Assembly: GCA_002189035.1 (NCBI GenBank)
Contig: NEEC01000021.1
Location: 1 to 64,000, forward strand
DNA length: 64,000 nt
Origin: Utricularia gibba
Lineage: Eukaryota > Plantae > Magnoliophyta
Reading direction: 5' to 3'
Shown: piece after piece, positions 9,720-21,700 of the stretch
How the letters are laid out: each line of letters begins with the position of its first letter
How positions within the stretch are numbered: the first letter of the stretch is position 1
The notes under the pieces: model-generated
The model's database searches: none
The model's input: only the letters and a program-made list of their open reading frames with translations
Told to the model about the DNA's origin: nothing
Position numbers and translations under genes: made by a program

Positions 9720-12700
9720 ACATTTAGGGAGTTCATGATTGAGTTGCAATCTATACAAAAGAGATTGGAACTAAGAGGTGGTTATGAAGTTGAGAAAGCT
9801 TATGGTGAAGCTGCTCTCCTTACAAAAATGCAGAATATGAATATAAACTCAGGTGCAATTAACAATGTCAAGGATGTCAAGTCAACAGCCATCAAACATT
9901 CACCAACGTCATTCCCAACATCAACGATGGGTAATAAGAAGTGCAGGCATTGTGATAAATCCACCACAAGAGTGAATATTGTTGAACTTTCAGCACAAAT
10001 GCTTGCAAGCATTGCAATAAACAGAATCACAGGAGTGAGTTTTGTTGGTGGAAGCCTGATGCTTTGTGCACGAAATGCAATCAAATAGGTCATCTTGACA
10101 AGGTATGTGGAATGTCAAATCCAATCAAAATTGAGCATAACAAGAAGCCTACTTCCAAAGATGAGAAATCACATGCATCCTTTACCTACTTTGAAGATGA
10201 GCCAGAAATAACTTTTGAAAATCCTTTTGAGTATGAGTGTGCTTTAATGACAGTAGCCTCAGATGCTAAAGGCTGGTACTTGGACTCTGGCACCTCCTAT
10301 CATGTATGTTGTGATACTAGAATTGAAAGATATCAAGTTTGCCGATGCCATATGTGAAGTGTGCCATCAAGGTAAACAGTGTAGAAAGCCCTTTTATTCC
10401 AGTGATTCAATAGCAAAGGAGAAATTAGAGCTTGTGCATACAGATGTTTGTGGACCATTTAAGGAATGTTCATTGGGGGAGAGTAGATATTTTGTTACAT
10501 TTATTGATGATTAATCACGTTATTGTTGGGTTTACTTTATTAAAAGCAAGTCAGAAGCTCCTCATATCTTTCAAAAATTCAAAGTGATGATTGAGAATCA
10601 GAGTGGATGCTCCTTAAAGATAATTAGGTCAAACAATGGAGGGGAATTCTATAATAATAGCATGAGAATGTTTTGTGAAAATGAGGGAATCATGCATCAA
10701 TTCACCGTACCATATTCTCCACAACAGAATGGTATATGTGAAAGGAGAAACAGAACAATCCTTGATATGTCAAGATGCCTATTGTTTGAGAAAGATCTTC
10801 CTGTAAATTTTTGGGCTGAAGCGGTATCTACATATGTATATCTATTGAACTTGATTCCCTCAAGGGCGATTAGTGGAAAAACTGCACATGAAAAATGGCA
10901 TGGTTATATTAAAAAGGTTGATCATCTCAGAATCTTTGGTAGTCTGTGTTTTATTCATGTAACAGACCAAAAACGAGAAAAACTTGATAAGAAATCTGTA
11001 TCTTGTGTATTTGTTGGTTATAGCAACACTACTAAGGGATATAAAGTTTATCTACCTCAACAGAAGAAATTTATCTTCAACCATGATGTCACTTTTGATA
11101 AAGGTGCAAGATATACTTTAATTGATGATTGCATTTTTCTGAATGATGCAAAAGCTCATAAAAGTCGTGGAAGGCATAGCACCCATGTGAAAAGAGACCT
11201 CTAGACACACATGCCTCAAAACTTCTCTTCGAGGAATTCAACAAACCAAGAAACTTCAGAACTCGTTCATGAAGATTCAAATCAAGTAAATGATCAGCAT
11301 TCAGATGAGAATTTTCTAGCTCTAGAGGAGGAGAAGGTCACAAATCAAGATGACTTGTCCAATGAGAATTCAGAATCAAACTCTGAACCCCTATATGGAC
11401 AATCTCATCAGGCCAATGTTTGCATTCAGATGGGAATTTCGAAATCCAGAAGAGGAGCAAGGCACGAATGCAGAAGACTCATCAACAGATGAATCTGATG
11501 AAGAGGAACCTGATACTGATGATGAAGATTATTACCCATCTGATCGTGATTGGCAAAGGAGGAAACGCAAAAACATAAGAGATTCAATAGATAATGAAGA
11601 TAGTCATGTTACGGACATTAGAAGAAGCAAAAGAAACAAGGCTCCTACAATAAGTTTCTCCAAGTTGAATGATGATGTCCAAGATGCTGTAGCTGATATT
11701 TTGGCTGGATTATTGACAGGAGATCCAACATCATTTGAAGTAGCTGTACAAAATCCGAAATGGAGAGAGACCATGAAGGAAGAAATGAATTCTATACTTG
11801 AAAATGAAACATGGGAGTTAGTGGATAAACCCAAGGATAGGGGTTTCAAACCTATTGACCTCAAGTGGTTATTCAAAACCAAGATGAATGCAGATGGTTC
11901 TATCAACAAATATAAGGCTAGATTAGTAGCCAAGGGATATAGTCAGATCAAAGGAATAAATTTTCATGAGATTTTTGCACTGGTAGCAAGATTTGACACG
12001 ATTAAAGTACTTCTTGCCATTTCAACTGCTCATAGATGGAAAGTGCATCACATGGATGTCAAGACTGCATTCTTGAATGGTGTGTTGGAGGAGGTTGTTT
12101 TTGTTGAACAACCAAAGGGCTTCGAAGTGTCAGGTCATGAAGACAAGGTATTGAAGTAAAGAAATCTCTCTATCGGTTGAAGCAAGCTCCTAGAGCATGG
12201 AATGAACGCATGGATAACTTTCTCCAGGGTATTGGTTTGAGAAAAACATGTAGTGATTACTCATTTTACGTTAAAGGAAAGGGAGATGATCGTTTATTTG
12301 TTAGCGTATATGTGGATGATCTTATGATTAGTTCAGGTGATGAAAGGAAGATTGAAGAATTCAAAGCCCTTCTCAAAAATGAATTCAAGATGACTGACCT
12401 TGGAATGATGTCCTACTATCTAGGCATGGAAATTCATCAACTTGCAGGTGTTAGAACATTCATATCTCAGAAGAAGTATTGTAATGAACTTCTTGAAAGG
12501 TTTGGGTTCAAAGATGTCAATCCTACAAAAACCCCTTTGGATTACAAACAGGTGATTGGTGAGAACAATCAGAGAAGGAATGTGGATTCTACTACTTATA
12601 GAAGTATGATTGGAAGCCTCATTTATCTCCAGCATACAAGGTTTGACCTGTGTTTTTGTGTAAATATCTCATCTCGCTTCCTCAATAAACCAACAACAAC

Positions 12701-13300
12701 TCACATGGCAGCTGTGAAAAGAGCTTTCAGGTAAATAAAATCTACTACTGATTTCGAATTGTTCTATCCTTATGAAGGTGAAAAACCAGTCTTGAAACTT
12801 AGAGCCTACTCAGATAGTGATTATGGTATGGCTGAAGATAGCAAGAGTACATCAGGTGCACTCTTCTTCTTAAACAAGGCCCCTATAGTCTGGTTTTCGA
12901 AAAAACAAAAAGTGGTAGCACAATCAACAGTTGAAGCAGAATACATCTCAGCAGCACAGGCTTCGAACTATTGTGTTTGGTTGAGGCAGATGCTAAACGA
13001 ACTTGGATTCATACAAAAGGAAGCTACACATCTGCTTATGGATAATCGAGCTGTAATCTCCATTGCCAAGGATCCGACGAACTTCAGCAAAGCCAAACAC
13101 ATAAGAATCAGGTATCATGTCATAAGGAATTACATCAAGGAAAAGAAGATTAAAGTGCAGTATGTTGAGAGTGGGAATCAGCTTGCTGATGGGCTCACCA
13201 AAGGTTTGAACAGAGTTCAGTTTGAGCTAGCAAGGAAGAACATGAATCTCATGACTATGGAAGACTTTCTCAAGTTGGGAGATCTCGGTCTGGGGGGGAG
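9720..13300 (+). pseudogene. pol: Copia gag C-terminus, protease (truncated), integrase, RT and RNase H, with stops and frameshifts
   Basis: Zn knuckles (CRHC, CTKCNQIGHLDKVC), WYLDSG, HTDVCGP, PQQNGICER, YKARLVAKG, HMDVKTAFLNG, YVDDL, YSDSD, STVEAEY, KHIRIRYH. Confidence 0.93.
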
Positions 13301-15198
13301 TGTTGGAGATCAGCCTCAATCCAAAGCTTGAAGGTGATTGAAAGCACTAATCTTGTGTCATAATGTTATATTTCAGATAAAAAGGTGTTGAGTTCGAGCA
13401 TGGAAGTGTTGGATTCGAGTTGTTGGGCTTTTTGTGTGTTTTCAACGATTGTGGCCCACTGTTGGGTAACCTAGGTATTGGGTATATATAAACCCTACTA
13501 GCAATGCGTGTCAATAGGGTTTTTGGTCATTCTTATTGTTCATGAGTCGTTTTTCATCCAAGGTGATCTCATAAGCATTACTTTTTTGTTACTTCCCAAG
13601 ACTCTATTTTTCTTGCAACAACAATTGCAACTTGGAAAACAATTCAGGGAAAGGCTTCACAGGTACTGAATTAGGTGTATCAATTTTTAACAGCAACTCT
13701 GTTCATTTGCACTCCCATTGTTATGACTTTCATCATGTTCATCCGATTGAAAGAATCTGAATCATTTGCTTGCATTTAGACATCAATGAACACATTACTT
13801 TCCCTTAAACTCTTCAAAATCTTCCGGTGGTTTTATGTAGCTGCCTGGGAGTTTTGTTCGGTTTACTTTTCACTATGAAAAGTGGTGCATAACATTGCAA
13901 ACAAAAGAATAAACTTTGCATTACTATGTAAATCGAAGGTGGCAAACACTCCTTAAGAAGTGTGAAATCCAAATCTTTCTTCATGAAGAACAAGCACATC
14001 AATTTGTGGTGTAAAATATACATTTGAGCTACAACGGTCTAAAGCAGACACTTTCCCAATTCAATATGGAAAATGATATGAATGGGCTTTTCATTGTTTA
14101 TGTAAATGACAAAGCAAGTAAATACTTTTTACCCCCACTGTTTGGATATTAAAGAAATGTTATCTCTAATCAAGTCTATTTATTAATGGGCAAATTTGAT
14201 CCCTACTATTCAATGAAAAGTGTGTTGTTAGTTCCTATTCTTTTATAATTGATCCTTATTGTTTGTCGTCTCAAAATGTTTGATCTCCATCATTTATCAT
14301 ATCATATATGATTAGCCCTCAACATTTTTGCATAAAGGATTTTTCTTCTGAAGTGTTTGAATATAGTACATAATTAATCATCATTGTTTGAAAATGTTTG
14401 CTATTTCATTATTTCAAATAATGAAATATAGTCTTCAAATCAAAATGGGATAATGCATTCCCACTACTTACTTTAATTTGCATGGTTTAAATAAATGATA
14501 TATTTAGTCTGCTACAATTTGAATGGCACATTTAGTCTTCATTGTTTATAATAATGCTATATTTGATCCTCTTTGTTTTCAATGTGCCAATTTAATATTA
14601 TTTAATTGGTAATTAGATAAAAATAATATAGAAAGCCCTAAAGATCACAATTCACAAATGCATACATGCAGTACTTGTGCCTTTTATTTCAAAACTAATA
14701 ACCGCAAGCATCATTCAATTCCAAAAGACAATTGAACTATGAGAAGAAAAACAATCAAAAGCATGTGAAACTAAGACAACGGTGAAGGAACAGGAACTCG
14801 AGGGAATTTGATAAATAAGTGGACCACACCCCTATAAATATCTTATTTTTTCCTTTCAAAATGCAACATTTACACCCCTACAATTTCCCATGCCAATTTT
14901 CTTCTTATAACTTGGTGTTACGGAGAAGGATATGTGGTCTTTAATCCCTGCCGCGTTCCACTCTCTCCGATAAGGATGAACAGAGGAGCAACACTCCCTG
15001 ACAAGGTGTATTTTGAGGAGGGCCTATCTAATAAGGGGTGGTAGGGACAACCAAGAAATGACTCACTATTTGGTAACCTAAAATGGTTACTTACGGCTGT
15101 TGTAGATCAGATATGCTTGGAGCGGTATTAGAATATCATTCCCCTACGAGCTGTGCTATAAGTGATTTTTTGATTAAGAAAAGTTATTTAAAGAATAT

Positions 15199-16362
15199 TG
15201 ATAAGTGATTTTGTGTCACTTATATTTGTACTTTTTAGGACTCACTTAAATGAGTTTTGCATTCTTTTTATCCCACTTTCTTTATGTTTTTTGAAGAATT
15301 TTATATCTTTCATACCACTTTGATCTTTTTGGAGGCAAAGTGTGTTTTGTGATTTTTCATGACGAATTTGGAATTATTTGGAGGATTTTCGAGTTGACCT
15401 TGATGGACGCAAAGATTTGGTCTATCCAGACGAAGACTCGGTCAAAGATTCTTGGATAAGATAAGATTCACATCTTATCTTAGAAAATTTGGATCTTATC
15501 CTAGAAGATTTGTATAAAATCTTAGAAGATTCAGATAGAAGATTTGATGAGAGTCCATCAAGAAAGCCCGACAAATCCCCACCATTATATAAAGATCCAA
15601 ACGTGAAGACCTAGAAGAAGAGTCAAGTGTGGGCGACCAGAGAGTCAATCTAGGGTTTAGAGTCGAGTCTAGAGTTAAGCATGCGCGTGTTTAGAGTTAA
15701 GCATGCGCGTGTGAGCGCTTGCGACTGAGGATCTGCTGTGAAGCCTTGCTTGCGCAAGTTCTACGCGTGTGACTGTCTTACCATGTTTTTCAGCATTTAA
15801 TTTGAGGCATGATTCTATTTTTCGCAACGTTTTCTTTACCAACGTGATCTTTAGTACTATATAGCCCTAAGGGAGTGAAGGAGAATCAAAGGTCGGCCTC
15901 AAACACCTAAGTAGAAGGGCTCAATCGAACATCGTTGGTAAGGCACATTCTGTTTAATCTGTCTGCGAGGTGAGAGGTGTAGGGGTTAGATTTGGGTGTG
16001 GGGAAAACATGGGTTATCACAAGAGGTGAAATGGCTCTGGTGGCGTGGTTGATTCCATAATCCCACAAAATAAGGGGCGGTGCTATAACGGTCACCGAAT
16101 AGGACTATTTTAGCATAACACCCCCAAAGCTTGCGCAAACAGGTTAGTTCTCAAGGTTTGCACACACGCAGGGGCGATTTTCAAGTAAGGTGGATCTTAG
16201 ATCCAAGGCCACTTTTCTTATTATCTTCAAAATCAAATCTTTCTTTTGTTTTCGATCTTTTTGAATCTTTGTTTGAAAAGAATATTCCAATAACAATTCC
16301 CTGTGGATACGATCTTATTTTATTACTTTGACGGTTTCTGTGCACTTACAGAATTACCATCA
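15199..16362 (+). repeat. Athila 5' LTR (1164 bp)
   Basis: TG...CA. About 95-96% identical to the 3' LTR over the shared ~770 bp (manual count). Confidence 0.95.
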
Positions 16363-16368
16363 AGTTTT

Positions 16369-16385
16369 TGGCGCCGTTGCCGGGA
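16369..16385 (+). promoter_or_regulatory. Primer binding site complementary to the tRNA-Asp 3' end
   Basis: TGGCGCCGTTGCCGGGA, the PBS typical of Athila elements. Confidence 0.9.
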
Positions 16386-16504
16386 TTGTATTCCTTTGGA
16401 ATTTCTTTTCTGATTTCTTTTTTGATCATTTCTTATTTTTCTGTTCTTTTCAAGACATTTTGTTTAGCGCACTTGCGCAAGCAGTTGCTTTTAATCAGTG
16501 TTGC

Positions 16505-18780
16505 ATGCGCAGGCATAGGGCTTCAACCGAGCTGTACCCGCTGGACCTAGAAATTTACCAGACCTATCGGAGAATTAGGTTGGAAAGTCGTCAAGCGCAA
16601 GCGCAACGCAAGGAAACCATGTCTAGAAGGCATTCTGGACATTAGGAGGACTATCTGGTGATGTCCGAACCAGATAGCGAACGAGCACGGACGCCAAGAC
16701 ACCAGCCAAACAGTTATAGGCAGATCTGCTGCTAATCGTGCAGGGTTATATCGGAGGCGTAGCGATGGATCTGATCAAGAACCTTCACCGGAACGAACAA
16801 CAGCAAGATTGGGACCAAATCAAGGTGTGGAACCTCTCTGAGAAGGGCCCATAGGCGCATTATCAGATCCAGGAAGAACCAACAAGGCGCTTGAACGTGG
16901 TCTAGGAAGGCCTAGGCACGCAGATGCAAATGAAAACCATTTGCAATCGACGTTTGCACAAGGATGGCAGGAAAACAGAGCTTTTGAATCTCAACATCAT
17001 GCCGATCAGAACAGCAACCCACGAACTCCAAGGCGAGGAGTGAACTCTCCTCCAAGGTGGGAAGGAGAAGACTGTTGAGGTCACAATGGAGCAAACCGAC
17101 GAGACAACCAAAATCCTCGTCACGAGCAGAGGTATGAATTTGTAGGAAATCCTGAAAGGGAAAATCATGGAAGACAACGGTATATGCCCAGGAGGAATGT
17201 GCGTGCTAAAGAAGCATCTAGCGATGAGGACGGACCAGAACCAGCATGCAGGGAATCACCTGCGCAAGTGAGGAACCATCACACAGGAAGAGACGGGTAT
17301 GTGTGCAGGTAGCAGGCTGCTAATAGATTTGCTGTTGATCCTTGGGATGAAGTCCCTTTAGGTGATAACTTTCGACACACGAGGAAGCTTGGACCCATTG
17401 CTGCACCGGCCATTAACGTGCGGAGATTCCAACTCCAGCTTTCATTGATCACCATGGTGCAACAAAGCCCATTTCGTGGAGAACCCGGTGAGGATCCCGA
17501 AGAACACATTGCAATTTTTCTCAGGTATTGTGATATGGTGGTGGAACGAGTAGTCTCTGACGACTTGATCAGGTTACGTTTATTTCCATTTTCGTTATGG
17601 GGGTCAGCAAGGCGATGGTTAGACTCTTTAACACCCAACTCTATTTATACTTGGGAAGAATTGGAGGATGCATTTTTGGACAAATATTTTGAACCCACAA
17701 AGTACTCTAACACCCGGTTTGAGATCACTAATTTTTCACAGGATGAAGGAGAAGGAATAGCAGCAGCTTGGGAGAGATTTAAGGAAATTACACGAGTCAC
17801 GGATAAGCATGGACTCAGCCCCGCTGCTATGATCATGTGCTTTCATGATGGACTGACTACGCAAGCAAAGGGACTGCTGAATGCGGGTGTTGGACCCCTG
17901 GACCAAATAAGTCCTAGAAGGGTTTGGGAACTAATTGATGAGTTTGCAAAACGACAGGCATGATGGACTCAACCAGCAAGGAATTCGAAAACTGGAGTTC
18001 GGGACAACCCTCGTGACAATACTGTTTCAAAGATTTCCGAAACATTGCAAAAATTAGATGATAAAATCAGCAAACTCTAGCCTGTCGTTGCTCAAGTCCA
18101 AGCAGCCTCAGAAAAGACAGAGAGTGAGGCAGAAGAGGAAGGTACGAATGTTAATTTTGTGAGTTTTCAGGGAAAACTTGCACAAGGAGCTTCTATGCCT
18201 GCGCAAGGGAACAACTGGGGAAATCGAGGCAACACTTGGCAGAACCAGAATCAGAACCAGCAGCAGCCTCAACGACCATTCTTACGGGATACACTCAATC
18301 AATTCATGGAGAAACAGGAAGGGCTGAACCAAGGAATGCTGGAACAAATCAAACAAGTAAATGGATTGGTGGTTGAACAACTTAAGCAAATAAGAGGAGA
18401 AATTTCAGACTAAAAGACAAGGGTGAATGAAATAAATGAGCGTCTGGAGCAACTCGGGATAACAACTCGCATCCTGGACAGTAGGATGAGTAATGTCGCT
18501 CAAACCCACAAGGCTTCGAGGCTCCCAAGTCAACCAGAGAAGAATCCTGCTGAATGTAAGACTATAGCAACGAGAAGTGGGATGCAGAGTGCAACAGCAA
18601 CAGCCCCTGCGCAAGCAAACGAATTGCTGGATGTTCCAGTGTATGTATCTCCACCTTCTTATAATCCTCCAATCTCTTATCCACAGAGAGAGGTCAAATC
18701 ATCAGTGGATCAACAATATTCCAAGTTTCTGGAGATGCTAAAAACTCTTCATGTGAACATCCCATCCCATTCACTGATGT
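16505..18780 (+). pseudogene. gag: Athila gag (long N-terminal region plus Retrotrans_gag core), disrupted
   Basis: MRRHRASTELYPLDLEIYQTYRRIR start; FQLQLSLITMVQQSPFRG..LRLFPFSLWGSARRWL..WEELEDAFLDKYF core. Confidence 0.85.
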
Positions 18781-21700
18781 GACGTTGCAAATGCCCACTT
18801 ATGCGAAATTCTTGAAGGATATTCTGGCCAATCGAAGGAAGATTGAGAATGATGCTATTATTGAATTATCCAAGCAATGCAGCACGATTCTTACACAGGG
18901 GCTGATTCAAAAGCATGTAGATCCTGGAATTTTTTCAGTCCCTTGTATAGTTAGAAGAAGCAATTTTGAGAAGTGCTTATATGATCTTGGGTCAAGTATC
19001 AGCTTGATGCCTTATTCTTTATTCAAAGCACTGAATCTTGAGGAGCTGAGAAACACGAAAATTCAGATGGTATTTGCTGATAAATCCATGAAGAATCCTG
19101 AAGAAGTGGTAGAAAACGTACCGGTAAAAATTGGAAAATACTTTGTTCCTTGTGATTTTGTTGTTTTGGATATGGCACTTGATGTGGAGGTTCCAATTAT
19201 TTTCAGGAGACCATTTATGGCAATCACAAGAGCCTAAATTGATGTTAGAGCAGAGAAATTGACACTTAGATTCGGAGAAAAGGAACTGGAGTTCAATGTT
19301 GATCAAGCAATGAAGTGATTTGACTACAATGAGCTTGTGCAAGGGGAAGCGGAAGATGCTGTTACGCAGGAGCATGCGCAAGCAGTTTTTCTGCGCGAAA
19401 TTCAGGAAGTAAATCTTCTGCAGGATGAAAAAGAAGACACTCCCAGATGACACACCAATGATGGCTCGGCTAACAAAGAAGGAACTTGATGCTGGAGGAA
19501 AAATTGAAGAAGCTACCACCATCACTAAGGTACGAATTTCTTGAGGATGATCACACTTACCCCGTGATTGTTAACGCGGGATTGAATGAATACCACATCC
19601 AAATACTGCTGGATGTCTTGTGCAAACATAGACAAGCCATTGGGTACACCTTGGATGACTTGAAAGGGCTTGACCCTCAATTCTGCCCCCATCGGATTTA
19701 TTTGGAACCTGAGGCAAGACCAATTGTGCAACCACAAAGGCGGGCGAATCCTATGCTGAAGGAAGTGATTAAAAACGAAATTTTGAAATTGTTAGATGCT
19801 GATATCATCTACTCTATTTCAGATAGCCAATGGGTTAGCCAGCCCAGTACACTGCGTACCAAAGAAAGGAGGCATGACAGTGACACAAAATGAGAAGGGA
19901 GACCTCATCCCTTGCGCAAGGTCACTGGCTGGAGGATGTGCATTGATTTTCGGAAACTCAATTATGCCACTAGAAAGGATCATTATCCATTACCATTTAT
20001 TGATCAAATTCTGGAAAGGTTAAGTAACCAAGCTTTCTATTGTTACCTTGATGGTTATTCCAGATATTTCAGATTCCAATTCATCCGGAAGATCAACACA
20101 AGACATTTGGTACCTTTGTATACAAGAGAATGTCATTCAGTTTATGCAATGCTCCTGGAACTTTTCAACGTTGCATGACAGCCATTTTTTCAGAACATGT
20201 GAAGAAGATCATGGAGGTATTTATGGATGATATATCTGTTTATGGAACTGATTTCGATTCATGTTTGCAAAAGTTGGGCATCATTTTGAAGAGGTGTATT
20301 GATTACAACTTGGTACTCAATTGGGAGAAATGTCATTTTATGGTTGAAGAAGGCAATGTGCTTGGACATCACATTTCTTCCAAAGGCATTCATGTGGATC
20401 CAACAAAAATTGAGGTGATTGAAAAATTACCAGCACCAACTACGGTAAAACAGATCAGAAGCTTCTTGGGGCATGCAGGATTTTATAGGAGATTTATTGC
20501 TAATTTTTCTCACATTTCTCGCCCACTAACAGCACTACTTGCACAAGACACGGATTTTTGTTTTGATGCAGAATGTGTGCAAGCATTCAACACGCTGAAG
20601 CAAGCTCTTATCACTGCACCCATTCTTCAACCACCAGATTGGACCTTGCCATTTGAATTGATGTGTGATGCAAATGATTGTGCTGTAGGGGCTATTCTTG
20701 GACAGAAAAAAAGACAAGGTAAATTATGTGATTTATTATGCTAGCAAAACTCTCAATGCAGCCCAAAGGAACTATACAACCACAGAAAAAGAGTTGTTGG
20801 CCATTGTTTTTGTCATTGAAAAATTCAGATCCTATTTGTTGGGTGCAAAGGTAATTGTTCATACGGATCACGTTGCCTTGAAATATCTTTTGAGCAAGCA
20901 GGAATCGAAACCCAGATTGATAAGATGGATACTGCTCCTCCAAAAATTTGATCTGGAAATTCGTGACAAGAAGGGCAAGGAAAATGGAATGGCTGATCAT
21001 TTGTCATGCCTACAGCTTGTGGGGGAGCTGTCCATTGATGATTCTTTCCCCACAGAACGTATCCTTGCTGTCCAAGATGGCAATCTGCCATGGTATGCTG
21101 ATTTTGTCAATTATCTCGTTGGAGGAGTCTTGCCCCAAAATCTGAATTTCAACCAGCGGAAGCGCTTCCTTGCGCAAGCGAAGCATTATTTCTGGGAAGA
21201 ACCTATGCTTTTCAAACGTTATGCTGATGGAATTATCAGAAGATGCCTACCACCAGAGGAGGTAAGGGACGTTATTTGGCACTACCATTCATCACCATAT
21301 GGAGGGCATGTAGCAGCATCAAAAACAATTTTCAAAATTCTTCAATCTGGATTTTATTGGCCCACCATGAATCATGATGTGAGGGCATTTGTTCAAGCAT
21401 GCAAACCATGTCAGCATGCGGGTTCTATTTCTAGGAGAGATGAAGGACCCATGACATATATCATGAAGGTGCAAATTTTTGATGTTTGAGGGCTGGATTT
21501 TATGGGACTCTTTCCATCTTCTTATGGCAACACTCAAATTCTTGTGGCAGTGGATTATGTCTCAAAATGGGCAGAAGCTATTGCAGTTCCAGCAGCTGAT
21601 GGAAGAGCTGTAATTAAGCTCTTCAAACAGATCATTCTACCCAGGTTTGGAGCCCCAAGATACGCCATAAGTGATGGAGGAAAACAATTCATTGAAAGAG

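Larger units (their letters stand above)
7830..13620 (+). mobile_element. Ty1/copia element with two 320-bp LTRs, no TSD and a nested CRM fragment
   Basis: LTRs at 7830-8149 and 13301-13620 (TGTTGG...CAACA), PBS TGGTATCATGGC at 8150, PPT GGGGGGGAG at 13292-13300. Flanks GAACC and ACAAT differ. Confidence 0.92.

Noticed and set aside
15907-16331. Identical 62-aa ORFs at 15907-16095 and 25586-25774
   Set aside because: They are simply the two LTR copies, with no coding evidence.
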